From assembly GCA_027623195.1 (NCBI GenBank), contig JAQBUT010000002.1, positions 64,001 through 128,000 of the forward strand: a stretch of DNA of 64,000 nt, read 5' to 3'. The notes under the pieces are model-generated. The model was not told where the DNA came from. It searched no databases and saw nothing but the letters and a program-made list of their open reading frames with translations. The stretch comes from Chloroflexota bacterium. GTDB lineage: Bacteria; Chloroflexota; Dehalococcoidia; Lucifugimonadales; JADFKI01. Both the position numbers and the translations under genes were made by a program. Below are positions 48,841-58,476 of the stretch, piece after piece (position 1 is the stretch's first letter; every line of letters begins with the position of its first letter).

Positions 48841-50163
48841 TCAACGGGCCTCCCGCTGCACCCTGCGAACGCCACCCATATCTGCGCCCTCTAAAGGGAT
48901 AGTTCCGATTACCTGCTTCGATTCCAGTTCTCTCATTCGTTCGTCTGGGTATCCTAACACTTCGCCAAGAAGGTACTCGTTGTGCTCGCCCAACGTAGGC
49001 GCATGTTCGTGTCGTTTTTCGAAACGACCTTTATCTGAATTACCCAAGAACTTCCATATAGGGCCGCTCATAGGGTACGTTCCGGCATCGGGATGTGTAA
49101 CTACCTGGAAGTAATCTCGAGCCTGCAGGTGCGGGTCCTCGTACGTGTCCGCTCCGCAATCCAGAACAGGCCCAGCCGGAATGTTCTTGGCCTGTAACAG
49201 ACGAAAGATGTCATACTTGTCACGTGTGGCTGTCCACTCGCCGATGATCTCGTCCAGTGCGTCCTGGTTTTCCAGGCGCGCTGCCAATGTGCCGAACCTA
49301 CCGTCATCTCCCAGGTCCGGCACGCCCATGAGGGCGCAAAGGGCATGCCACTCGTTATTGTTGCGGATAGAAAGTGTCACCCACTGGTCTTCACCTGTGC
49401 AGAGGTAGCAACCCTGAGGCGCAATCGCGGGGTGTCGATTGCCCCTACGCTCTCTGGGACGGCCTGTCATCTGCTCTTTCAGGAAGATCTCTCCAAGATG
49501 AGGCATGAAGGTCTCCGCCTGAGACAGGTCGATGAACTGGCCCTTGCCAGTGCGAGCCCTGTAGAGCAGCGCAGCGCAAATGGCGAAGTATGCCGTGACA
49601 CCGCCTACCGCGTCTGGATGGTGCACCAGCGAATTGTTGGACAGGTCCATGTCCGGGTATCCGCGCAGCGCCGAGTGACCAGACAGCGCGTCTATGGCCA
49701 TGCCCATGCTGTGAAATTTCTTGTATGGCCCTGTGTTGCCGTAACCAGGAGTAAACAGGACGATGAGGTCTGGCTTGACCTTGCGCAACTCCTCGTACCC
49801 CAGGCCCAGGCGGTCCATGACTCCAAAGGCATAGTTGGAGAAGACCACGTCGCTGAGACTGGCCATCTCCTTGAACGCCTCCCTGCCCTCCTCAGACCCC
49901 AGGTCGAGAGTCACGCCCAGCTTGTTCCTATTCAGCGCATTGAAATTGGCCTGTCGGTTCCACGCCCGTTCCCCAGGCTCGTCTTCGGGGTAACCGGGCG
50001 TGTCTGGATTGGGGTGTATAAGTCCTCTGGCGATACGCTGAATGGCCTCTACTTTGATGACCTCTGCGCCCATGTCTCCCATAAGCACACCACAGAAGGG
50101 ACCGGCCCAGATCTCTGCTAGCTCCAGCGCCCGTACGCCCGACAGAGGGCCTTTGCTCGGCAC
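48841..50163 (-). CDS. Family III CoA-transferase (CaiB/BaiF), catalytic Asp present
   Basis: GPLSGVRALEL, GAEVIKVE, NRNK, HPDAVGG, APTLGEHN. Confidence 0.93.
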   Translation of the reverse strand: MPSKGPLSGVRALELAEIWAGPFCGVLMGDMGAEVIKVEAIQRIARGLIHPNPDTPGYPEDEPGERAWNRQANFNALNRNKLGVTLDLGSEEGREAFKEMASLSDVVFSNYAFGVMDRLGLGYEELRKVKPDLIVLFTPGYGNTGPYKKFHSMGMAIDALSGHSALRGYPDMDLSNNSLVHHPDAVGGVTAYFAICAALLYRARTGKGQFIDLSQAETFMPHLGEIFLKEQMTGRPRERRGNRHPAIAPQGCYLCTGEDQWVTLSIRNNNEWHALCALMGVPDLGDDGRFGTLAARLENQDALDEIIGEWTATRDKYDIFRLLQAKNIPAGPVLDCGADTYEDPHLQARDYFQVVTHPDAGTYPMSGPIWKFLGNSDKGRFEKRHEHAPTLGEHNEYLLGEVLGYPDERMRELESKQVIGTIPLEGADMGGVRRVQREAR

Positions 50164-51389
50164 TAGACCACACCCCTATCGCGCAATTCAGTCAGGTCGC
50201 TTTCACGTAATCCAAGAATCTCGCCGTATACCTCAGGGTTATGCTGTCCTAGCGTGGGTGCGGGTGTTGGCTCGTTGCGGGGCATGTCGGAATACAAGAA
50301 AGGCAGGCCAGTGTAGGTCAGGACACCAGCCTCCGGATGCGCCAGGTCAACGAAGTAGTCGCGAAACTTGAACTGCTCGTTCTCCAGTGCGTCAGAAGTC
50401 GTCTGAATGGGTGCGCAGGGCAGGCCCTCCCCCTGTCCGGCATCGAAAATCTCGGCTCGGGTGTGCCTGTCGAACCACTCCTGGAATTCAGCTTCGATCT
50501 CCTCACGGAACTCGGTGCGGCCTTCAGGAGTTTTGTAGCGCTCCACGTCCAAGAGTTCGGGCCTCTTTATCATCCTCGCCAGATTGGGCCACATGCGGGG
50601 ACCCAATGGCAGAAAGCTGACGAAGCCGTCCTTGCATCGGAATGTGCCGACGGCGTATGGCTCGCGGGAGCCTGACGCCGTCAGACGAGGTGGCTTGCGC
50701 GGGTCGGTCTCGCCGCCGTAGATGTACGGCAGCCGTCGGCCAATCTGGTGAGGATGTCCGGCCATGCACTCCTGCATAGCGATGTCGATCCACTCTCCCT
50801 TGCCGGTCATGGTTGCCTGAAATATGGCCGTCATAGTCGCCGCAACTGCCGCCGTGCCGGTGAAGTACTGGGCTGCCTCCGCGCCGTAACGCAGCGGCTC
50901 TCTCTCCGGAAGGCCCTCCCTGTGCATGGCACCACCCATGGCGAAGATGGTCAGCTCAGTGAACTCGAAATCTTTGTACGGTCCCGCTTGACCGAATGGG
51001 GTTATGGATGTCATTACCAGGTCAACGTGGTTTTCTGACAGCGCGCCGTATCCCAGGCCGAGTGACTCCATTTGGTCCGGGGGACCGTTCTCGATAACGA
51101 CATGGCTTTGCGCGGCCAACTCGCGGAAGAGTCTTGCGCCCTCCGAGGTCTTTATATCCAGCGTCACTCCCTTCTTCTGGCGGTTCAGGTGCAGGAAGAG
51201 GCCGCTCTTCTCCAGGTGCGGCTTGTCGTTGATGAAGGGACCGTGTTGTCGGGACGTGTCGCCGGTGGCGGGTCGTTCCACCTTGATGACGTCGGCCCCG
51301 TAGTCGGCCAGCATTTTGGCGCAGTAGGGCCCGGCGATGTCTGTGGAGACATCGAGAACGCGAACTCCCTCCAGGGCGAGAAACGGCAA
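50163..51389 (-). CDS. Family III CoA-transferase subunit, catalytic Asp apparently absent
   Basis: LEGVRVLD, GADVIKVE, NRQKK, AAQYFTG at the Asp position, APTLGQHN. Confidence 0.9.
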   Translation of the reverse strand: MPFLALEGVRVLDVSTDIAGPYCAKMLADYGADVIKVERPATGDTSRQHGPFINDKPHLEKSGLFLHLNRQKKGVTLDIKTSEGARLFRELAAQSHVVIENGPPDQMESLGLGYGALSENHVDLVMTSITPFGQAGPYKDFEFTELTIFAMGGAMHREGLPEREPLRYGAEAAQYFTGTAAVAATMTAIFQATMTGKGEWIDIAMQECMAGHPHQIGRRLPYIYGGETDPRKPPRLTASGSREPYAVGTFRCKDGFVSFLPLGPRMWPNLARMIKRPELLDVERYKTPEGRTEFREEIEAEFQEWFDRHTRAEIFDAGQGEGLPCAPIQTTSDALENEQFKFRDYFVDLAHPEAGVLTYTGLPFLYSDMPRNEPTPAPTLGQHNPEVYGEILGLRESDLTELRDRGVV

Positions 51390-51559
51390 AGGCCTACCTC
51401 ATGCGCAAGACGGCGACAGGGCCAATTCTCCATGCGTCGGAGCCAGGTTGTCAACCGGCGTTTATAGAAAGGACGGCTTGGTAAAAATTATGCCTTTGCA
51501 GTTGGATACCTGCCGTAACCGTTTGGCTCAGATATTAGGCTAAAAGCAGGAGGGTTCCC

Positions 51560-52888
51560 ATGGCATTGAAGACTTACGGAACGATGGGCGTGGACTGGGA
51601 GGAGCGTATCGACTATGACAGGCTGCGCACGCAGCGCTTGGACAAGGCCAAGGCTCTCCTAAAGAAGTCGGATATGGGCGCGATTCTGACTTTCGACATG
51701 AACAACATTCGTTACCTCACGGCGACGATCATCGGCACGTGGGCCATGGACAAGCTGGTGCGCTATGCCCTGATGCCCCAGGATCACGAACCCATTCTGT
51801 GGGACTTTGGGTCGGCTGCCAAGCATCACCAGCTTTACTGCCCATGGCTAGGCGACCGCTCCCGCGCAGGCATCTCTACCCTGCGAGGCGCTACTCCCGA
51901 GGGAGCGGGTCTCGCCGCCGACGTGGCAAAAAAGATACGCATAGAGCTGGAACTGCGAGGCCTGAAAGACGAGCCACTGGGCGTGGACATCGTGGAACCC
52001 GTGGTCCTATTTGCGCTGCAAAACGAAGGGCTGAACGTGGTTGACGGGCAGCAGCTAATGCTGGAGGCCCGCCGTGTAAAGACTGACGACGAAATCACCC
52101 TGCTGAACATGGCCTGCGGAATGGTCGATGCCGTCTACGACGAGCTGTACATGATGCTGCGGGCCGGTGTGCGCGAGAACGACGCTGTCGCCCTAGCCAA
52201 CAAGATTCTTTACGAGCTTGGCTCGGAGCATGTGGAGGGCGTTAACGCCATCTCCGGCGAGCGCACAAATCCGCATCCGCACAACTATAGCGACCGTCTG
52301 TTGCGGCAGGGCGACCCGGTGTACTTCGACATTCTTCATAGCTACATGGGCTATCGAACGTGTTACTACCGCACCATGGTCATCGGCAGCGCGTCGCAGG
52401 CGCAGATCGACGCATACAAGAAGTGTCGCGAGATTCTGGACATCTCCATCGACAAGGTGAAGCCTGGTATCACCACTGCCGACATCGTGAAGGACTGGCC
52501 CAAGGCCCAGGAGTTCGGCTTCGAAAACGAGGAGGCCGCGTTCGCACTGCAGTACGGGCACGGCGTCGGACTGTCCATCTGGGAGAAGCCTATCTTCAGC
52601 CGGTTGGTGTCGTTGGACAACCCGCAGCCCATCGAAGAGAACATGGTCTTCGCGTTGGAAACCTTCTGGCCTTCCGCTGACGGGTGGTCGGCGGCCCGCA
52701 TCGAGGAGGAGGTTGTTGTCACCAAGACCGGCGCCGAGGTAATCACCCGCTTCCCCGCCGAGCAGCTGATGGTGGCGGGACCGCGCTACCACACCGCCAC
52801 GGGGCCGCTATCGGCCACCCGGGAGGCGCAGTCGCACCTGAACCGCGCCGACGGCATTCCCCCTGGAATAGCAGGGGCGCACGCCTAG
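51560..52888 (+). CDS. M24 (Xaa-Pro peptidase/creatinase) family hydrolase
   Basis: ARRVKT..EI, GHGVG, ALET, ARIEEEV. Confidence 0.9.
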   Translation: MALKTYGTMGVDWEERIDYDRLRTQRLDKAKALLKKSDMGAILTFDMNNIRYLTATIIGTWAMDKLVRYALMPQDHEPILWDFGSAAKHHQLYCPWLGDRSRAGISTLRGATPEGAGLAADVAKKIRIELELRGLKDEPLGVDIVEPVVLFALQNEGLNVVDGQQLMLEARRVKTDDEITLLNMACGMVDAVYDELYMMLRAGVRENDAVALANKILYELGSEHVEGVNAISGERTNPHPHNYSDRLLRQGDPVYFDILHSYMGYRTCYYRTMVIGSASQAQIDAYKKCREILDISIDKVKPGITTADIVKDWPKAQEFGFENEEAAFALQYGHGVGLSIWEKPIFSRLVSLDNPQPIEENMVFALETFWPSADGWSAARIEEEVVVTKTGAEVITRFPAEQLMVAGPRYHTATGPLSATREAQSHLNRADGIPPGIAGAHA

Positions 52889-52960
52889 TTTCTTTTGGGT
52901 AGACGGCTTTGGGAAAGAGTTGTGGCAAAACGTCGCAACACATAAAGGGGAGTCAACGGC

Positions 52961-53713
52961 ATGGGTAGTGAGGCGTTTGAACGGCACATCTCTCTGGAAG
53001 GCGCGTACAACTTTCGCGACCTGGGCGGCTATCGCACGAACGATGGCCGGACTGTCAAATGGCGGAGCCTGTTTCGGAGTGGCGAACTTCACCTCTTGAC
53101 CGATCTGGATGTGTCGCGGTTGCGAGGTGAACTTGGTCTAACCACGGTTTTGGACCTGCGAACCACGGACGAAAGCGACGCCGGGGGCATGGGGCAATTG
53201 CAAAATCTAGGGGTTCAACATCACAGCCTACCTTTCACTGCCAGTCTAGCCGAAGATTTTAATTTGCTTCAGGCAGTTCAAAACATGGGAGAGTTTTATA
53301 TTGAACTCACTTCTCGAAAGGCTTTCGGAATTAACCTGCTGGAGGCGCTCAACTTGATTGCCGATCCTCATAATCACGCGCTGACCTTCCACTGCTCTGT
53401 TGGCAAAGACCGGACCGGAGTTTTGGCGGCCATTCTGCTCGGAGCGTTGGGAGTGCCTGACGAGGAGATTGTTGCCGATTATGAGCTGTCGCAGGCGGCA
53501 ATGGACTCGATAAACCAGAGAATTATGGCAGACCCCGTTAGATCAGAACGCAACAGGCTGTTGCCCAATTTCACCCAAGAAGCGGCACCAAAGGCCATGC
53601 GAGTTTTCCTGTCTTCCTTGAGGGGCGAATACGGTTCCATGCGCGGTTACGTCGAAGCGCAGGGAGGGGATGATGCCTTGTTTCAGCAACTGGAAAACGT
53701 GCTTTTGGAGTAG
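52961..53713 (+). CDS. Tyrosine/serine phosphatase (PtpB/IphP family)
   Basis: NFRDLGGY, DLR, HCSVGKDRTG. Confidence 0.93.
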   Translation: MGSEAFERHISLEGAYNFRDLGGYRTNDGRTVKWRSLFRSGELHLLTDLDVSRLRGELGLTTVLDLRTTDESDAGGMGQLQNLGVQHHSLPFTASLAEDFNLLQAVQNMGEFYIELTSRKAFGINLLEALNLIADPHNHALTFHCSVGKDRTGVLAAILLGALGVPDEEIVADYELSQAAMDSINQRIMADPVRSERNRLLPNFTQEAAPKAMRVFLSSLRGEYGSMRGYVEAQGGDDALFQQLENVLLE

Positions 53714-53748
53714 CGGCAGCTCTTATCAGGCGTCGACGGGTCTGCCAT

Positions 53749-54537
53749 TTATCCAGCGCCCTCATCTGAGTCTGGAGGGAACCCTTCGTTTTCAGTGAGT
53801 AAATGATGCTTCAAACGGTCCAGACGTCCGCTAATGGTCATGTCTACTAGCGTGTCACCCGTGCGAATAGAAATGCCTCCCAATACCGATGGGTCGACCT
53901 TATAGAATGTCCTTACCTCCCTCTTAGCCATTTGAGCCAGAAAGTCGGATATCTGCTTCTCCTGGTTGGCGCTCATCGGGACCGCCGTGGTGACAATCGC
54001 GAACCCAATTGATTTCCTAGCTGGAGGTTCCCACGTAAGTTTCGACAGTTCCTCGGTCGCCTCTGAAAGGAGTTTTTGTTGCTCCTCTTCATCGAGTGAT
54101 CGTTGCAGTGAACGCTCTGCTGCGGCCATAACCAGCTCTACAAATGAGTGGTGCAGGTCCTGATACGCCAGTCTGCTTTCCTGGCGCAACTGATCCTTGG
54201 TCCGCTTCAATTGAGTCTCGGCTGCTTTGCGGGCCCGCCTAAGTCCATCTTGCACATGTCTCTCAGCCAACTCTTCGGCGGCTCGAAGCAGGGCGTCCCC
54301 TTCCCTGCGCGCTTCGGTCAACAATTCCTTCCGAGTTCTGACCGCCTCGTCGGTGATGTTACTGGCGTCTTCTTTATTCGCCGCCCACGTTTTCTCCTCC
54401 TCAGCACGCGTCTTTAGTTTCCGCATAAGTGGTTTGAAGGCAAGCAGGTACAACACCCCCCAGAGTACCAGGAAGTTCACGGTGTATATCAGCAGGCTGG
54501 GAAGGTGGACTCCCAGCCGTTGCAGCGTGTCCAACAT
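53749..54537 (-). CDS. atpF: F0F1 ATP synthase subunit b fused to a delta C-terminal domain
   Basis: NFLVL...FKP TM anchor, coiled coil, then TTAVP...VDPSVLGG...GDTLVD.TISGRL. Confidence 0.8.
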   Translation of the reverse strand: MLDTLQRLGVHLPSLLIYTVNFLVLWGVLYLLAFKPLMRKLKTRAEEEKTWAANKEDASNITDEAVRTRKELLTEARREGDALLRAAEELAERHVQDGLRRARKAAETQLKRTKDQLRQESRLAYQDLHHSFVELVMAAAERSLQRSLDEEEQQKLLSEATEELSKLTWEPPARKSIGFAIVTTAVPMSANQEKQISDFLAQMAKREVRTFYKVDPSVLGGISIRTGDTLVDMTISGRLDRLKHHLLTENEGFPPDSDEGAG

Positions 54538-54539
54538 TG

Positions 54540-55442
54540 CTAATTCCCGTTCTTGGATGTTGCTTCATTGTTGCCTTCGGCGACGACCATCAGCACCACA
54601 GTCAATCCCGCAAACACAAAAGCCTGTAGAGTTCCGAGCAGTATTTCCAAACCGTAGAATGGGACAACCAGCATCAAGGGAGTCAAGAAGGAGATCACTA
54701 TTCGCAGCAACTCACCAGCAGTTAGAGCTCCAAACAAGCGGAAGGTGAAACTAAACAATCTTGCCAGGATGGTGATGTCGTGTAGAACTGCTGCGAACAT
54801 CTTAACCAGACCAGCCAGCGGCTTCCCCCTTATGAGGCTTTGAATGGGGAAAAATTGCCTAAAATAAACGATCCCTTTAGTTCTAAATACGTGAAGCTCA
54901 ACAAATATACCAGTAACAATTGCCAACGAAAGAGGCATGTTAATGTCGGTCCCCGCTCCTCGCAACAAGGCAAACGTCCCTTCTGCGCTGTCTGGAGATT
55001 CAATCAACACCGGGCCGTAGACCGGCAAAAGCGTAATCCAGGCGTTGGCGGTTATGAAGAGAAAAAGTGTCGCCACGAAGGAAAAGGTCACGATGGAATA
55101 CCGCTCTCCTGCGATTCCTTTGAACAGCCCCCAAAGGGACTCCAGGATAATGTCAACCGTTCTCCGGCTTTGCGGGAACACGCGGCCGCCAGGCCCAATA
55201 GCGAAGCCTATCAGTCCGATGAGGATGAGCGTTGCCAGCCAGGAAGATAGGATAGTGTTGGTGATCGCGAAAGAGCCGATCGTATATAAAGTGTCGGCTT
55301 GCAGGTGAATTGTGGGGGGCGGTACCAGTTCCTTTATGCCGAAAATATCTCTTGCCAGCAAGCGAAGAAGTACGCCTCCAACGCCGGCAATTACGACGCA
55401 TAGAATAGAGACCTTTACCAGGGTACGTCCGGTAAATATCAA
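54540..55442 (-). CDS. atpB: F0F1 ATP synthase subunit a (divergent)
   Basis: ITNTILSSW, FLFI..N....LP, TDINMPL, FRLFG (essential Arg), LQAFVF. Confidence 0.85.
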   Translation of the reverse strand: MIFTGRTLVKVSILCVVIAGVGGVLLRLLARDIFGIKELVPPPTIHLQADTLYTIGSFAITNTILSSWLATLILIGLIGFAIGPGGRVFPQSRRTVDIILESLWGLFKGIAGERYSIVTFSFVATLFLFITANAWITLLPVYGPVLIESPDSAEGTFALLRGAGTDINMPLSLAIVTGIFVELHVFRTKGIVYFRQFFPIQSLIRGKPLAGLVKMFAAVLHDITILARLFSFTFRLFGALTAGELLRIVISFLTPLMLVVPFYGLEILLGTLQAFVFAGLTVVLMVVAEGNNEATSKNGN

Positions 55443-55622
55443 CAGAAATACCTAAAATGCGATACGTCCGACTTCCACGTAGGGAATTCCGAGCTTTAAC
55501 CGAAATTGGCCGAGTGGGTCGTTGACGATTGAAGAAGTCAATCGCCTAGTCTTTTGCCAGAATGTTAAGGTCATGAAGGCCGCGATACAAATGGCAAACG
55601 CTGGCAGGCGTCACGCGCGCCC

Positions 55623-56507
55623 TCAGATTGCGACCGCCTCCAAAGCCGCCATAGGCCCGTGTCGCAGTATTGTGGCCAACTGGTCGCGGTCCATGACCAG
55701 CAGCTCCCCGGCGAAGCCCAGCGCGTTTATCGAGATGCCTTCGAAGTGCTCGCGGCTGCGGGGCACTAGCATCATCCAGCGTAGCGTAGCTAGCAAGTTG
55801 TACTTTCTTCTCTCATCAGACGCTTTTCCCAGTCCAACGCCGTCCAATAAGGCTGCGTAATTTTCAAGGAGCATATTGCCGGCCTCCGATATGGACAGAG
55901 TGTCAATCCCATCCAGCATGGCTATGCAGTGCTGAAACGATAGCATCGGCGATTTCCATATCCCGGTTGTTATTGCTGCGGCATCAATGGCCGTTTCGAT
56001 GGGCACGGGCGGCCCATTTGAGTTCAGCGGCAGCGGCACTATCTGAAAATGCTTGTGGCGCTGGCTGGCACCGGCGACCTCCCCTGCGTTGTAGAAGGCC
56101 AGACCATCGAACTCCTGCATGCACGCCCACAGGGCTTCGAAATCTGCCAGCCTTAGTGACGAAGTTTGCTCTTCGAAAACTCGCGTAATAATTAGCAAGT
56201 GGTTGTTGACAACCGGGAACTTGTTCAGGATGGCCACGTGGGTCTCTGATATATCGGCGACGAACAGGTCCTGGTCGTACGGCAGAAAAGGGTCGAAGTC
56301 CGGCGGATGGACCTCGGGGTTAGCCTCATGCGCCTTGAGGGCCAGGCTGGACACCACCCGAACGTCGAAGGCTATACCCTGGTCCTCCACGGTCTCTCGC
56401 GTAGTCTCGATTGGCCGCAGCGCGCCTCTTTTGATAGCCTGCCGAGTGCTATTTTCGATGGCGCGCCACAGCGTCCCGGCCTGGAGGGTCAGTCTGCTAT
56501 CAGGCAA
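55623..56507 (-). CDS. ATP adenylyltransferase / Ap4A phosphorylase
   Basis: DPFLPY, LNKFPV, FYN.G..AGASQ.HKHFQ, INALGFAG. Confidence 0.92.
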   Translation of the reverse strand: MPDSRLTLQAGTLWRAIENSTRQAIKRGALRPIETTRETVEDQGIAFDVRVVSSLALKAHEANPEVHPPDFDPFLPYDQDLFVADISETHVAILNKFPVVNNHLLIITRVFEEQTSSLRLADFEALWACMQEFDGLAFYNAGEVAGASQRHKHFQIVPLPLNSNGPPVPIETAIDAAAITTGIWKSPMLSFQHCIAMLDGIDTLSISEAGNMLLENYAALLDGVGLGKASDERRKYNLLATLRWMMLVPRSREHFEGISINALGFAGELLVMDRDQLATILRHGPMAALEAVAI

Positions 56508-56514
56508 ATGTACC

Positions 56515-56952
56515 TCACCCCAGCCCGTCGATTTCGTAAGTGGTGACCTCCAGCAGGTAGCCGTCCGGGTCGCTGAAGTAGATGGACTGGCAGTCGGCGT
56601 GCACCAGTTTTTCGTAATCTATCTGCCGATCTTTCAGATGTTGCTGGTACGCAACAAACGTCACAGCGTCGGTGCCGAAAGCTATGTGGCAAGCTCTGGG
56701 ACCCTGGCCTACGGGTGCCACGTAGGTCCGTTCCTGATTCTCCTCCAACAATGCTAGCTTGGTCGTGGCGTTGCCGATGTACGGACTGGAAGGACCCGCA
56801 TTCGGGTCTAGCGCCGCAAAGCCGAACATCTCCGCATACCACCTCTTTGATTCTGCCAGGTCGCGTACCACGAAGGCCGCGTGGTCCATACCGCTAACGG
56901 TCAGTTGTTCTCTCAAAATTGTCTCCTCGTCGATGTAGTGAGGGTTAGCCAT
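56515..56952 (-). CDS. VOC/glyoxalase family protein
   Basis: MDHAA, HIAF, SIYFSDPDG..LE. Confidence 0.88.
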   Translation of the reverse strand: MANPHYIDEETILREQLTVSGMDHAAFVVRDLAESKRWYAEMFGFAALDPNAGPSSPYIGNATTKLALLEENQERTYVAPVGQGPRACHIAFGTDAVTFVAYQQHLKDRQIDYEKLVHADCQSIYFSDPDGYLLEVTTYEIDGLG

Positions 56953-57217
56953 TAATGTGAGAATGGTAGCAAATTGCCCGGTTCGTTGGGGGGCGAATGG
57001 CTGGGGCTCCCGGCGTTTCCTTGACCGGCCCTATACCCGTTGCTAAACTCGCCCCTGGATGTTCGGCGAAGACATGCCCTACAGGTAGAACGTTATAATG
57101 CAAATGCAGGACGAGGCTCGCCGATGATATGGCGGGCGTTACGACTGAATGTTTTAGCTTGCGTCCGCATTCTGCATTGGACAACTTGTAAAATATGAAC
57201 TTTGAGGGGAGAAGCCA

Positions 57218-58333
57218 TTGGCTGACAAAGTAGGCCTGGCCATTATTGGCTCAACGGGAATAATAGGGCGAGTACACATCGATGCCATTGCCCAACTGGA
57301 TAGTTGCCGTGTGGTTGGCATCACCGCGCGGAGCCAGGAGCCGCTTCGGAAGCAGGCGATGGAGCAACATGTAACCATGTACGCCACTCTGGACGAGGTG
57401 CTGGAGGACCCGGAGGTCGACGCCGTGGTAATCGCCACGCCGCACCCGTCTCACCTGGAGATTACGCTGAAGGCAGCGGCGGCGGGTAAGCACATCCTCG
57501 CAGAGAAGCCAATGAGCGTTACGCCATCCGACGCCGACGCTATGATTGCCGCCGCCAAGTCGGCAGGAGTGAAGCTAGGGGTTCTCTTCAACAACCGCTT
57601 TCGTCCTGAGGCCATAAAAGCCAAAGAGCTTATTCAGCAAGGCGCCATCGGCTCCATAAACCGAGTTAGCATGTCCAGCGTCATGCTGCGCAGTCAGGAC
57701 TACTACGACCGCCTGGATTGGCGCGGCCGCTGGGACATGGAAGGCGGCGGCGTTTTGATTAACCAGGGCATCCACGCCATAGACATGATGCAGTGGCTCG
57801 GCGGTATGCCAACGACCGTCTTCGGACGGATCACCGCTCACAGGCACAACGTCGAGGTTGAGGATCATGCCACGGCGGTAATGGAGTTCGCTGGCGGCGG
57901 CCACGGTACGCTGCACTGCACCACGGCCCAGGCCCCTAATCAACATCGTATAGAGATTTGGGGTGAGAAGGGTGCACTGATCCTGGATAACTGGGTGCTG
58001 ACGCTACACAAGATTGGAACGTCGGTCACGGACTACGTCAATAACAACAAGGACGTCGCCTTCACAACCCCCGATGTTCAGACCGAGATCTTTGACGACT
58101 TTGAATCGATGGCAGGCACCCATGCGCCCGCCATTGACGACTTCGCACGCGCCATCCTGGAAAACAGGGAGCCGTCCATAACTGGCGAGGATGGCCTTAG
58201 GTCGCAGGAGTTGGTTGCTGCTGTCACGCTGTCCGGTTGCCGGGAGAAACTGGTGCGTCTGCCCGTGGGCCGCGCCGAGTACGACGGCCTCATGAACGAA
58301 CTGCGCACCACAAGACGGATGCCTGGCAGGTAG
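57218..58333 (+). CDS. Gfo/Idh/MocA oxidoreductase
   Basis: IATP...H, GKHILAEKP, GGGVL.NQGIH.ID. Confidence 0.93.
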   Translation: MADKVGLAIIGSTGIIGRVHIDAIAQLDSCRVVGITARSQEPLRKQAMEQHVTMYATLDEVLEDPEVDAVVIATPHPSHLEITLKAAAAGKHILAEKPMSVTPSDADAMIAAAKSAGVKLGVLFNNRFRPEAIKAKELIQQGAIGSINRVSMSSVMLRSQDYYDRLDWRGRWDMEGGGVLINQGIHAIDMMQWLGGMPTTVFGRITAHRHNVEVEDHATAVMEFAGGGHGTLHCTTAQAPNQHRIEIWGEKGALILDNWVLTLHKIGTSVTDYVNNNKDVAFTTPDVQTEIFDDFESMAGTHAPAIDDFARAILENREPSITGEDGLRSQELVAAVTLSGCREKLVRLPVGRAEYDGLMNELRTTRRMPGR

Positions 58334-58354
58334 CGCATTCTAGGTAGACCCTCC

Positions 58355-58436
58355 GATAGCATGTCATGCCGAAGAGATTGTCTGGATTCGCAGGCGTGCG
58401 TTCTAGATGCCCAGCTCTGCTCGGAATGACACTATC
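58355..58436. repeat. Intergenic long imperfect palindrome (TGTCAT...GGAATGACA, REP-like)
   Basis: GATAG-C-ATGTCATGCCGA ... TCGGAATGACA-CTATC. Confidence 0.5.
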
Positions 58437-58476
58437 TTTCGTTTGGAAATAACGAAATCGAAGGAAATCCAGAAAT

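Noticed and set aside
55452..55574. 40-aa minus-strand ORF upstream of atpB as possible atpE or atpI
   Set aside because: Not hydrophobic, no GxGxG or ion-binding Glu motif, no RBS.
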